From Dudresnaya verticillata (taxonomy: Eukaryota), in assembly GCA_977862235.1 (NCBI GenBank), contig OZ374557.1:372001-436000 (forward strand): DNA of 64,000 bases, written 5' to 3'. Below are positions 37,500 to 49,113 of this stretch, piece after piece; the stretch's first letter is position 1; each line of letters begins with the position of its first letter. The notes beneath the pieces were generated by a model. The model ran no database searches. It was not told where the DNA came from and saw only the letters and a program-made list of their open reading frames with translations. The translations under genes were made by a program, and so were the position numbers.

Positions 37500-40400
37500 A
37501 ACACGTACTAAAGACACGGGAAGTAGCGAGCTACTGAGCTCTCCTATCAGTTTGGCCGAGCGTCCCAGAGCGGAGCGGTGGCGAGCTAGAGAAGATGAGC
37601 TCGCTGTGCCGCTCCACGCACCGCCGACCCTCGGCATGTCTATTTCTCTTTCTGAAAGAGAACTACCCCCCTCGCTGGGCGGAGACGACTTCTAAGCAGC
37701 ACAATCAGCGTGCTTTAGAGCGACATGTCCGCAGCAGAACAAACCGACGAAGCCCCGGCGCCGGGGCCGCCCGCGCCCCTTCCTGCCCCGGTCGCGCCAG
37801 CCGCTACCCTACGTGCGGCATGGTCGACCGGGAAGCCGGAGCGCCGCGACTTCGGGGCGGTAGTGACGGAACGCAATGCGCTCAAGCTGGTGGGGGAAGG
37901 CAGCGTCTTCGAGCGGGGCAGCCATGTTCCAGTAACGCACATAGGCTACTTCAAACCCCCCCGCTGACGCGTTCCTCTCCGACCTTCGCTCCAAGGACCG
38001 ACGGTCCGAGAAGGAGTGGGAATATATCAACGCCGTCGGGGTCTGGACCGAACTGGGCCTGGCGGCGCTAGAAGTGGCAAAAGGAACGAATGGGACTGTA
38101 GAGGAGATGGGTAGGCGGCTCTTACTGGCTGAAAATCCTTCAAGGCCGCGTTGGAGGTACTGTCTATGCGGGAGCAGTACGTTCGGGACATGACGGAGCA
38201 GGGAGTGGAGACCACACGACAGATGTCCTTTCTCGTTGAACAAGGACACGACGCCGTGTTTAGTGATTCATACCGCTCTGCTCGAGTGGCTCTTACCTCG
38301 AAACTCGAGATCGAGGCCGCAAAGCAGCTCTCCAAGGCGCGCCTGGAGCAGGCCAGCCGAAACTCATCGGGTGGACCCTCGGGGTCCGCCGATCAGTGAT
38401 GGCATGACAAGGAGCAAGGACCACAGGGACGTTTGGGGGACAACCACTGTGGAGAGGGACGTCCTTGAAGGCCGAAGTGTGGGGGTCGGTTCTCGGGGCG
38501 TCGGAATACCTGGTACGGGCTATCAGGTACGGGATAAGGGACCTGCCCTCCGAGCCCTTTACGGGCGGTACCGTCCTTGGGCGAATCCGCCAGTCAGCGG
38601 AGGACAGGATGTTTGGTGTTGGGGACCTGGAAAAAGGATGTAGGGAAGGGATCTACGAGGAGGTGAAAGAGGAGGAGGTGAAGCATCTGGTAGGGGAAGG
38701 AAAGATGGTGTCGTCGGCTTTCGTGGTGTGGCAAGGGGAAGGGGAGGAGAGGAACGGTCGGTTCGTTATAAAATTCCACCGCCAGAGCAAGCACTGGCCG
38801 AAGGGGCGTCTGAAGATGGAGACGCTCCCCTCCTTCCCGGTGGACATTCGGCAAGGGGATTACCTTATGTCGTGGGACATCAAGAGCGGGTACAGGCACT
38901 TTTACCTGCACCCTCAGATGAGGGACTTCTCCTATTCCGCTACGAAGGGAGGTTCTACAGGTGCATAGCCTTGTCGTTCGGGTTGGGAAATCGGTACTCT
39001 GGTTTACGAAGCTGCTTCTCCTTCTGGTACGCTATCTGCGAGAGAAGATGGGCTACCGCGTCTTGCCCTACATCGAAGATTTCTTGGCAGCTCCTGCGCC
39101 ACACGGCAGAGCTTCCACAAAGGCCGATCGTCGACGCGCGCAGGGTCGCCTCGCGATACTGTTCAACTGGCTGGGCATCGTAAGACATTGCGAGAAGGGC
39201 TGTTGGGACGGCAGCCAGGGACTGGATCACCTGGGCATGCATATAGACACCGTGTCGATGTGTGTCTACGTGTCGGACAAGAAGGTCGTCCGCGTTCAGG
39301 CTTTGGCGAAGAAGATACTGATGTTGGCTCAACTGAACCGCTGTTTAGTCTCGCTGGACTTGTTGCGGCATTTATGCGGGGTTTGCGTGTCCCTCACGCT
39401 CGCGCTTCCCCCCGCTCGCTTCGACACCCGCTCACTCTACTTCGACATGAGTCTGGCAGAGCGGAAGGAGCGAGGGCCAAGTCCGCAGCGGAGGTCCGGC
39501 CAATGACCGAGGGTCAGCGAGGTCGGCAGGCTGCGCCGCAGCGCCGCAGGCGCGCCCGCACGCCCTTCGGGTACGGCTGTGCCGCCAGTCTCTACGAGAC
39601 TTGCGGTAGTGGCGTTCGCTTTCTCGCGGCGAGGGCCCCAACCTAGTCAGACCTGGTCCGGACCTTACGATGCACAGCGACGCGGCGGACGTTGGATATG
39701 GCGGCACGCTCGGCAAGGACGAGGCGCAAGGCTTATCGGGTTTGTGGGAGGGTCAAGGTTTCTGGACGGCGGCCGATCGAGCGCGCTCGATTACTTTACG
39801 GGAGCTCCGCGCCGTCCGCCTCCTCCTCCACCGACACTTTGCCGACTACGTATCCGACCCGAACGTTCGCCGCCTACTTCCTCACGAAGACAATCAGGCG
39901 GTGGTCTACGTGTTGAACGCAATGGTGTCCGCGTCAAAGGAAATCATGGTGGAGCTGTGAGGTCTAGAGGTGCTACTGCGTGTGTTGGGGGTGAAGATAG
40001 ACGCCCGGTGGATCCCGTCCGCGGTGAATCGCTTCGCCGACGCGGTATCGCGAACGTGGGATCCAGGCGACGCACGGGTAGCCGACCGCATACTGCAGTC
40101 GATACAGCACGAGTATCGGCTGGACGACGTCGTGTTTTGGCGTCGACCGCTGGGAGAGACGGCAGTGGCGCGGTCGAAGTATCTCGCAACGCAGATACAG
40201 GAAGATTGCGGCGATGGAGCAGCGCGCTTGTGGAATCCCCGTTCGACATGCTCCCCTTGGTGGTGAAGAAGCTCGAGGAGGATGGCGCACAGCGGGAGGG
40301 GTATTTTGGTCACACCGAACTGGAGGGCGCAAGCTTGGTTCCCGCGCTTGTGCGCTCTCAGTTCGAACATGACCGTTATACGTCCCGGCGAGGCGAGCGA

Positions 40401-40615
40401 CCTCTCGCCACACGCAACTCCGCTTCTCCATGGCGACGTGGGGAACGCTCGCTGGTCCATCGTGGTAGCAGCAGTGGGATTGCCGCCTCCTGGAAGGACG
40501 GGATCCGAGATGCTGTCCATGCACTAACCGGCCCCAGCCCAACTGGTGAGGTGCAGGAGGCAGCGGACCTCTTGGCGTGTGGTATAGACGCTATGCGCAA
40601 AACGACCCCGTCGTC
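37500..40615 (+). mobile_element. DIRS-type (tyrosine recombinase) retrotransposon, 3' truncated
   Basis: gag-like ORFs 37725-38399; RT WDIKSGYRHF, GRFYRCIALSFG, VLPYIEDF; RNase H HSDAADVGYGG, SITLRELRAV, EDNQAVV, WIPSAVNRFADAVSR; methyltransferase-like WNPPFDML...LVTPNWRAQAWFPRL (frameshifted). No protease or DDE integrase; recombinase core absent. Confidence 0.88.
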
Positions 40616-40649
40616 TACGTGAAAAATAATCGAGAAATACGAATTTCGA

Positions 40650-40865
40650 AGTGACTCCGTGAATGCGCACGCCACGATGGCAAACGTATTACAGTGCGCA
40701 TACTCTGCGTGTGCCACGATGGCATTAGCATTACAGCACGCACGCGATACGAAATCGCTGACACCTCTGGACGAATTCCGAGCGGACTTCGTGATCGCGC
40801 GCACCACGATGGCATTCGCATTACAGTGCGCACCCGATACGAAATCGCTGACACCTTCGTGACCT
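40650..40865. repeat. Degenerate tandem repeat of CACGATGGCA...TTACAG units
   Basis: ccacgatggca..a/ttacag at ~40671, 40713 and 40804; the last two share cgatacgaaatcgctgacacct. Confidence 0.8.
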
Positions 40866-41420
40866 TCCCGTTGTTTCCTGCGTGTAACGGCACCTCGGCC
40901 CACGACGCGCGTGCACCTCCGTATGCATCGCTGGCGCACTTCGTAACCGCCACCATACGTGAGACGACCGTTCGTTGGCACCGAGGCCGTTACGAATCAT
41001 TCGATTACGAACCGTCTCCCGCGTTGACGTGTATTCGTGCTCACGTAGTATTACTTAGCCAGTCGTCTGGCACAACCTCCGAGGGTTTCCGGTAAGCGAC
41101 TAGCGCCCGGACCTCGGAGTCTTCGGTAAACGCCTGTTTCTTCGAGTTCGGTGTCTTCGTCTTCGTGACCGCGGATACCGTCGAGCCTCGCTTTCGATAG
41201 CCCCGCGTACCCGGAGTCATCCCCGGTGATCGATCGCTCGAGTTCTCCCTTCCGCACACGAATACGTTGACACCGTGGTCCTTCGTGTTGGTCGCTCCGC
41301 TCTACCACGCTACCACCCCTTTTCGTTTCTCCGTTAGGCTACGAGGCCATTCGTTAGGCTCCGAGGCCATTACTTACAGCGCGAGACTTCCGCGTCACCG
41401 TGGACTTCGTTATACCACAC

Positions 41421-41438
41421 TGGTCTCCCGACGTAGAA
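41421..41438 (+). promoter_or_regulatory. Primer-binding site of C
   Basis: tggtctcccgacgtagaa after ...accaca; differs from the B PBS at one base. Confidence 0.88.
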
Positions 41439-41489
41439 GTGGTTCCGAAGTTTCGCATTTATTCGTAATTAGTTTCTATCCGAGACACA

Positions 41490-43790
41490 ATGTCTCACGC
41501 TCCGAGTCGTCCCGATTCGCCGGTACCGAAATCCGATGACGTACCGATTCCGGAGCTCCCGTTATTTTGCTCGAACGCGAGTGACCGAGAACCGTTTTCT
41601 CGCGCTCGCGCCTCACGTATAACGGTACCCGATCTTCGCACAGACTCGCGTTCGCAGGCTCACGGTAGCCAGTCCGACCTTTCGTATACGTACACGCCAT
41701 TGGAAATCGTTCCCTCGGATACCGTCGATCGACTCTTCTCGATGAAGGAAGTCTCCGGTGCAGAACTACGTTTACTCTACGAAGAAGTCATCGACACGCT
41801 TTCCACTGCGTACCGTATCACGCAGCTCTCAATTCGTAATACGCGTAATCGAGGCACGAAGAGTTCAACAATTTCCGCGCTGGCAAGGTCCGTAGGATCG
41901 AAGACTCACTCGAGAGTCTGCGGGATCTTGTCTCTGGAGTCAGCAACCGGTTTCTCGTGCTCGAGCACAACATATCCGCCCCCGTAGGCAAGGCGAGTCA
42001 CTCTCTTCCCGTTAGCAGCTCGCACGCATTCTCGGAGGAACAGTTGAACGCTGTTCGTGACATCGTGTCCGCAGCGTTACCGAAGGAAAGTCTCGAAGTC
42101 GCGAAGATCTTCCCAAAGCCCGTCCTGACCCCCGCAATTCGCCGATTGTTCAACCTGTGCAAGGCCCGGGTGCCCAATCTACGTTACCGAAAAACACGTA
42201 TCCGAATCAGTCCCCGCACCCTTTATCGGATCAGGCAACCGATGCCTCCGACAACCCCCGTATCAACCCCGCAGTATTCCGAGCTTCACTTCAACCACCG
42301 ATGTCCCCCGGAGGACCCGTAATCGAAAATCCGTTATCGCTCGCGGGACTCGTGTCATCGTTCTGGCTCTGGGGACCGCTCGAGCCGGGCGTCGAACCGA
42401 TACCGACGCTCATTCCCGAATTCGCGCGAGCCGTAAGCTATCGATCGTATCGACTCACGAATTGGTCATCTCGGGATAATCAACACGAAGTCTTCCGAGG
42501 TAACAAGTCGAAAACTGTTTCCCGCATGCGTTCGATGATGCCTAGACTCGAGACGTTTACGGGACGCGATAGGATTAAGGTTCTCGCATTTCTTCGTGAT
42601 ATTCGACAAGCGCTGAACGGAGTCGGGCTCACCGAAGGAGCAGCAGTTCGAACGATTTCGTGGTTCCTCGACGAGACCGCGCTCAAGGTGTATCAACACT
42701 ATGCCTTCGGAGGCGTTCGTACTGGCAACCTGGTTTGCTGGTCCGCTATCGTGAACGTATTGCTACAACGATTTCTCACGGAAGATGTAATCGCTGACGC
42801 ACAATATCGCGTGGTTACCGCGAAGCAGAAGTCCGAAGGAACAGAGATGGAATTCGCCACCCATCTCCAAGACTATGTGGATGTCTGCTCAGGTGTCTAC
42901 GATGACTCTTGGTTAACGCACCAATTTATTCGTGGACTCCTACCTACTACGTACCCTATCGTGGCCGACCAGGTTCGCTGTTTACCGTTGTCCGAGCAAA
43001 AGAATTTCATGAGCGTACAACGAATCGCGGAAGCCGAAGGCGACATTCCGAGCTCGCGAACTACGTGACACCGCGGCCCAAAAGTCGCGTGATTCGAAGA
43101 ACCGAACGTCCGCTACGTACCCGAAGAGTCGCCAAGCGCCCGGACGCACGATGCTTATCGAAGCTTGCGACACTCCCGGGAGTGAATACGAGTGCAAGAT
43201 GAACGAAGATCCGCAAATGGCCGTGATGATGATTCGTTCAGGAACCGGGTCCACATCCGCTACACCGACTACTTCGACAACGGTCTCCGTGGACGATAAG
43301 TTAGATCGCACAGTCGTATCGAGCGTTTTGTACCCGCACGTGTCCCCCCGATGACTACGGAGCAAATCGAGATGGCGCGTTCGATGATCCCGAGGAACCA
43401 GGATGCGTGGCCGTGTTGGTTCTGTCGCGAAATCGTTCACCTGGTGTATTCGTGTCCGTATCTCACGAAGGAGCAACAACTCTACTGCGCGTATCAGAAC
43501 TATCTCTATCAACTCAAGACGAGACCGTATACGCGTAGTAACTTCGTGAATCGCGGTGCCGTAAGAGAGAATTCGTTCGCGTCCGTTGACAATCGAGGTC
43601 ACCGTGGACTCCCGAGGATCGCGTGACAATCGCGTAAACCGAGACCTTCGTCAAGGCGATACGCGCTACCCGAGGGACTGAGCCCAGCGTCAAGTCAGCT
43701 TTGAGCGTCGAGGGCCGCCGACCGTCCTCTGCAATCCGAGACACGCGCAGGCCCCGGGCCGTCAACCGGTTCTTGCAGTCCGTAAAAAAG
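41490..43790 (+). pseudogene. gag: gag of C (frameshifted)
   Basis: AVSYRSYRL, FTGRDRIKVLAFL, EGAAVRTISWFL, FIRGLLP, CWFCREIVHLVYSC. Confidence 0.88.
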
Positions 43791-43953
43791 TTGACGCGAT
43801 TGAGCCGAGTCACCCGATTCTGCCCTCGGAGGCTTACGAAGGCTCCGCGAATATAGGAAGAGGTGATCGATTAACCGCCCCTTTGGACGCGGACGCTCGT
43901 AATTCGGAATCTAATTCGAGTTCGGAAAACGAGTAAAGGCGAAGACGCCCGTT

Positions 43954-46900
43954 GTGTCACGTACTTCGTCTGAATCCGTTCCCCGAGACACTCCGCGTAT
44001 TCCGATTCCGAGAGCCGCTGCGATGCGAAGGAAGCGCGCTGCACGACGACGAGACCGAAAGCGATGTCGAATCCTCGCGAAAGACGCTTCGTGCGAAAAC
44101 AATTCGAAGAAGATACCGATCTCGAAGATCGAACCCGAAGTTACCACCGAGGGATACGTTTGCTTGATGACTTCGGAGATCTTCCTCGTGACCGGATCCA
44201 TTGGCCTCGATGCCTCCGTAATGACGCCGCATACGATTGCCGTCGATACGTGTTCCGGTTACAACGTAATAGCCCGGGCTGCGTTACCCACCGGTTGGGA
44301 AGCGAACGCGTCCACGATGGAATCGGCTCCGAGGCTCGCGTCCGCTGATCGCACCCCGTTGCGACTCGATGGTATCGTTTACCTGACAGTCCGCCTTGGG
44401 AACGTTCGATACCGCGTACCCTTCGTGGTTGTGGAGAAACTCGCAGTCGACGTTCTCCTTGGAACTTCGTGGATGGACGCGCATTTACGAAGCATCGAGC
44501 TCAGCCCACAGAGGCTCATCGCGAAGGGTGGAAGCACGATTCCAATTATCAACCGCATTGCTGGACCGGCTCCGCCCGCTACTAATTCGAAAATTCCGAA
44601 GCAGAAATTCGAGAAAACGCTATCGAAGCGACACCAACGTGAGCTCCACGATTGGGACCGAGATACCCGTACCATTCGTTTGAACCGCCGCGTCACCATA
44701 CCGAGTTATTCGCACAAGCTAGTCACCGTGACCTCGGAAGCACTCGGACTAATTCATATCGAACCGAAGCCTTCGTTACAACACCGACGCGGAGTACGGT
44801 TAACAAACGGGATACACGAAGTCAGTCCGGATCGCGAGTTTTCGGTGTTGATGGCGAACTTCACGGATAAGCCTCGAGCTCTACCAAAGGGAACCGTCAT
44901 CGGATACGCAGCTCGAAACCCGCTCGCGATTCTGACACCCGATCGCGAAGTCGTGGATTCGTTTGCCAAGGTGCTCAACATCTCTACGCTACGTGAGCAC
45001 GATGAATCGAAGTCACCCGAAGAATCCGTATCCACGAAGGAAAAACCGCTCACGAAGGGCGCCACGACTGCAGCAGCAGAAGCCAATTCGAGTTCCCGCG
45101 ATTGGGAAGAACGCGTATACCTTTCGAACATACCCGATGAAACTATGCGGAACGAGGTCCTCGAGATGCTACGTAAGCACGAATCAATGTGGAACGGAGA
45201 CCTCGGATCGATCGCAGCCACGGAGCATCGGATCGATCTACAACCCGGGACTCGACCTATTCGTTCGATGCCCTACCGTCAAGGGCCCGCAATACTTGAA
45301 ATCGTTCGTAACGAAATCGACAGTATGCTCGAAGCCGGAGTAATCGAACCAGCCATCTCGGAGTGGGCGTCCCCCGTAGTCCTCGCACCGAAGAAAGACG
45401 GAACACTTCGTTTTTGTGTAGATTACCGAAGACTCAATACGAAGACACTATCCGACGCGTACCTGCTTCCCCGGATGGAAGATTGTATCGATTCACTCGG
45501 AGACGCTTCGATTTTCTCGACACTCGATTGTAACAGCGGTTACTGGCAGATTCCAGTTGCCCCGGAAGACGGCGACAAGACTACGTTTACTTCGTTTCTC
45601 GGAACTTATCGTTATCTTCGTATGCACTTCGGTTTGAAAAACGCGTCCGCTACGTTTCAACGTGCACTCGATATCATTCTATCCCGAGTCCGTTGGCAGT
45701 GTTGTCTCGTTTACCTCGATGATGTGATCGTTTTCTCCACGAATCTTCGTGAACACATCGCGCATCTCGATCAAGCCCTCACGCTACTTCGTAACTCCGG
45801 GGTTTCGCTCAAAATGAATAAGTGCTTCCTTTTCCGCAAGCGAGTCGACTATCTCGGACACGTAATTTCCCCGGGGAAGCTGAGTATGGCCGAGAGGAGC
45901 TCCGAGGCATTCCGATACGCGAAGTTCCCGAAGACCCTCACGCAAGTCCGTTCGTTCCTCGGTGCGTGTAACGTATAACGAAGATTCTTGAAATACTTCG
46001 CGAAACTTGCGCGCCCGTTGACGAACATGACACGAAAGGACGAGGATCCTGACTACGGGAAACGCTCCATAATCGATACGGGCGCGTCTGTGTATCAACT
46101 TGGGTGCGCGTTGCTACAGGAGCAAGATGACGAAGAGTTCCAACCGGTGAGCTACTGGTCTTATTCGTTAAAAGATGCCGAGAAGAACTACTCCGCAACC
46201 GAGCGCGAATGCTACGCAGTCGTATGGGCGGTTACTTCGTTACGTCCGTATATCGAAGGAACCCGGTTCACCGTGCGTACGGACCACGACGCGCTCCACT
46301 GGATTCGTTCTCTCACCGATTCGTCCGGGCGACTCACCCGATGGAGGCTTCGCTTAGCCGAATTCGACTTCGAAATCGTGTATCGCCCGGTCGCGTCCAC
46401 CAGATTCTCGATGCCCTCTCGAGATTGCTACTTCCGCATCGCGAACAACCCGCAATCGACGACGAAGTGCCTACGTTTGACTCGGATCAAAACGCCGCAA
46501 AGCACGAAGCACGCTTCCGAAACGACGTCGCGAAAACTATCGAAAACGCAAGAGACCCAGTTCTCATCACTACGCGATCTCTCAAACGTCAAACGAACGT
46601 TATCGCGATTCGCCACGACTCCACGAGGACGACCACGCCCGCAAAATGGGTAATTCGAGCCGGCACTACGCAAAGACCCACGGAGGCCCCAAAAAATAAC
46701 GCAGCTCACCATCCGCAAAGCCACGAAGGCTGCGCCCACGCCCACGACGAAGCACTGCGTGATAAATATGCAGGAAAAAACAAGGTCTACGATGACTGCG
46801 ATTTATGGGACGATATCGATGACGATGATCTGTTTGACATTTATCGAATCGATCCTAACGAAGAACCGCGTGACCTAACCGATGTCAAACCCGTAGACCT

Positions 46901-48384
46901 ACCCGCCGATTACCGTATCCAAGATCCTCGAGGGACAGCGTATTGATTCGTTCTGCCAAACGGTTCAAGCACGAAAATCGAAAACGAAGGATATTCTCTT
47001 TCACGAAGATGGAGACGGTCTCCTGCGACGAACGCATCCGACAATTCCGAAGTTAACGCAAATCGTATTGCCCGAAACGCTCCGACCCCGGCTACTTACG
47101 CTAGCGCACCATTCGTTACTCGCTGGCCACCCGGGGCAGAATCTCATGTTCTACTCACTTCTTGAAACGTATTACTGGCCTTACATGGCTGCCGATATCG
47201 CATCTACGGTCCGAAGTTGCAAGCACTGCGCACGAAATCGGATTCTCTTACGAAGGAACCTTCATCGCTTGAAGCTCTTCCTAGCTACGCGCCCACTCGA
47301 ATCGGTCGCGATTGACATCTTAGGCCCGTTGCCACGTACGAAATCTGGACGCAAGTTCATCTTCGTGATTACGGATCGCTTTGCGAAGTTGACCCAGGTG
47401 GCCACACTACGAGTAATCACCGCGTATCACGTGGCCGTTGCCTTTTGCGAAGTTTGGATATTCAAGTACGGACCGCCCGCCTCGGTGCTCTCGGATAACG
47501 GGAAACAGTTTACTTCGAAGTTCTTTCAGGGCGTCTGTCGCTTACTCGGGTTATCGAACGTGTTCACCTCCGCATATCATCCGCAAACAAATGGACAAAC
47601 CGAACAATATAACCGGACTATCCTCGCGATGCTTCGTAACTACGTGAACGGCAACCAAAACGATTGGGACCGCTACGTCTCCGCGTTAACGGATTCGTAC
47701 AATTGCCACGTTCATCGGTCTACGAAGACAACTCCGTTCAATCTCGTTTTATCGCGCCCGCCGCCCGAATTCACCGTCAAGCATCGCTCCCGTAAGCACC
47801 GACCGAAACCCACGGAGGACATTCGAAACGATTTCATTAAGCGACTCGATGTCGCAATCGCCTCCGCAAGAACTTCGTTACAACGTGTGCAAAACCGATA
47901 CAAGCGCGACTTCGACAAACGCATCCGACGCACGAAGAGTCGCGTCAAACGCGGAGACTACGTGTTCCTCGATACCCACGATGGGAAAACGAAACTTCCG
48001 AAGTTTAAATCCCCCGCGGAGGGGCCATACAAAGTGCTCTTCAACGATACGCGTACACTTGTAATCGACCGCAAGGGCCTCGTTGAACGCGTCTCCGCGG
48101 ACCGCTGCATCTACGTGCCACCACCTACGAATTCGCGACCGTCGATTACGCGACCCGAAGACATTGCGGAAAAGGTCAACGAAGGCCCCGAGTACGTTGT
48201 CGATCGTATCATCGATCATTCGACAGACGCAGACGGGAAAATCGTGTTTCGTATCAAGTGGGACGGCTACGCAACGCCTACGTGGGAACCTCGTACGCAC
48301 GTGCCCGAAGAACTCGTTTCGCGCTACTTCGCAAGGCTTCGAAGCCAAGCGGACCCGCGTGATCCCGTGCTAGTTGCGCACTAA
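43954..48384 (+). pseudogene. pol: pol of C (protease, RT, RNase H, integrase, chromodomain)
   Basis: AVDTCSG; FCVDYRRLN, LDCNSGYWQ, YLDDV; stop at 45976; short deletion before IDTGAS; ERECYAVVW; HHSLLAGHPG...CKHC; IDILGP, SDNGKQF, YHPQTNGQTE; GPYKV; FRIKWDGYATPTWEP. Confidence 0.95.
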
Positions 48385-49113
48385 TGGCTCTACGACTGGG
48401 ACCCTGAGTGGTTCCGTAGCCCCGACTTCGTGATCCGCAACCCGCAGCCCGAATAAAGCCTACGCCCACTCGAGTTGCGCGGCACCCGAAGCTCATTAAC
48501 CGAATGGCCCCGGCGCCCCACTACGTTCTTGCATCACGTGCTGACTGCGCAAGTGCTCATTTCGATTACCCCGGAGCATACGTTTGCATTATACCGCTAC
48601 GAGTCTCTCGTGCCCCAACTTCGTGATACTCGTCTCCGTATTCCGCGACGCGCCTTCGTCGCACACGACCACAGCCCCGACACACACGGATGCCTCGGAG
48701 CAGACGACCGCCACCCCGCAGATGACGCTGCCGCAGCTGCGCAATTTCGATGGAACGCGACGCACGCCAACGCAGCCCTCGGCGGCATCACGAAGCCCTC
48801 TCCGCATCACCGTGTCCGCGCGCGATCACCGATTCGTTCGTCACGATGCCCACACAAAGTCGCGTCTCACGCAGTCGGAAGCGTTCCGCGGCATCGTAAT
48901 GGGCGCGCCCACCGCTGCTATGATGGACCCACACTGTGTCCCACGAGCTTCGTGATATTCGACACTGACTCATCCGCGCACACGGTTGCACCGCGGCACT
49001 CGCATTACAGGAGCTGACACCGCGACGGACGGACACGGTGAACTATACGTAACTTGTCATACGCGCCTGACGTCATACTTCGAGGCCGATGCCACCCGCA
49101 ACACGCACTTCCA

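Larger units (their letters stand above)
40883..49113 (+). mobile_element. Gypsy chromovirus C, lacking its 3' LTR (cut by the duplication breakpoint)
   Basis: Putative 5' LTR tgtaac...accaca 40883-41419, PBS tggtctcccgac 41421-41432, gag, PR-RT ORF 43954-45978, RNase H, 438-aa integrase plus chromodomain ORF ending 48384. Confidence 0.92.

Noticed and set aside
40670..40860. CRISPR-like repeat/spacer appearance
   Set aside because: Only three degenerate units, irregular spacing, shared spacer sequence, no cas genes, eukaryotic TE context.
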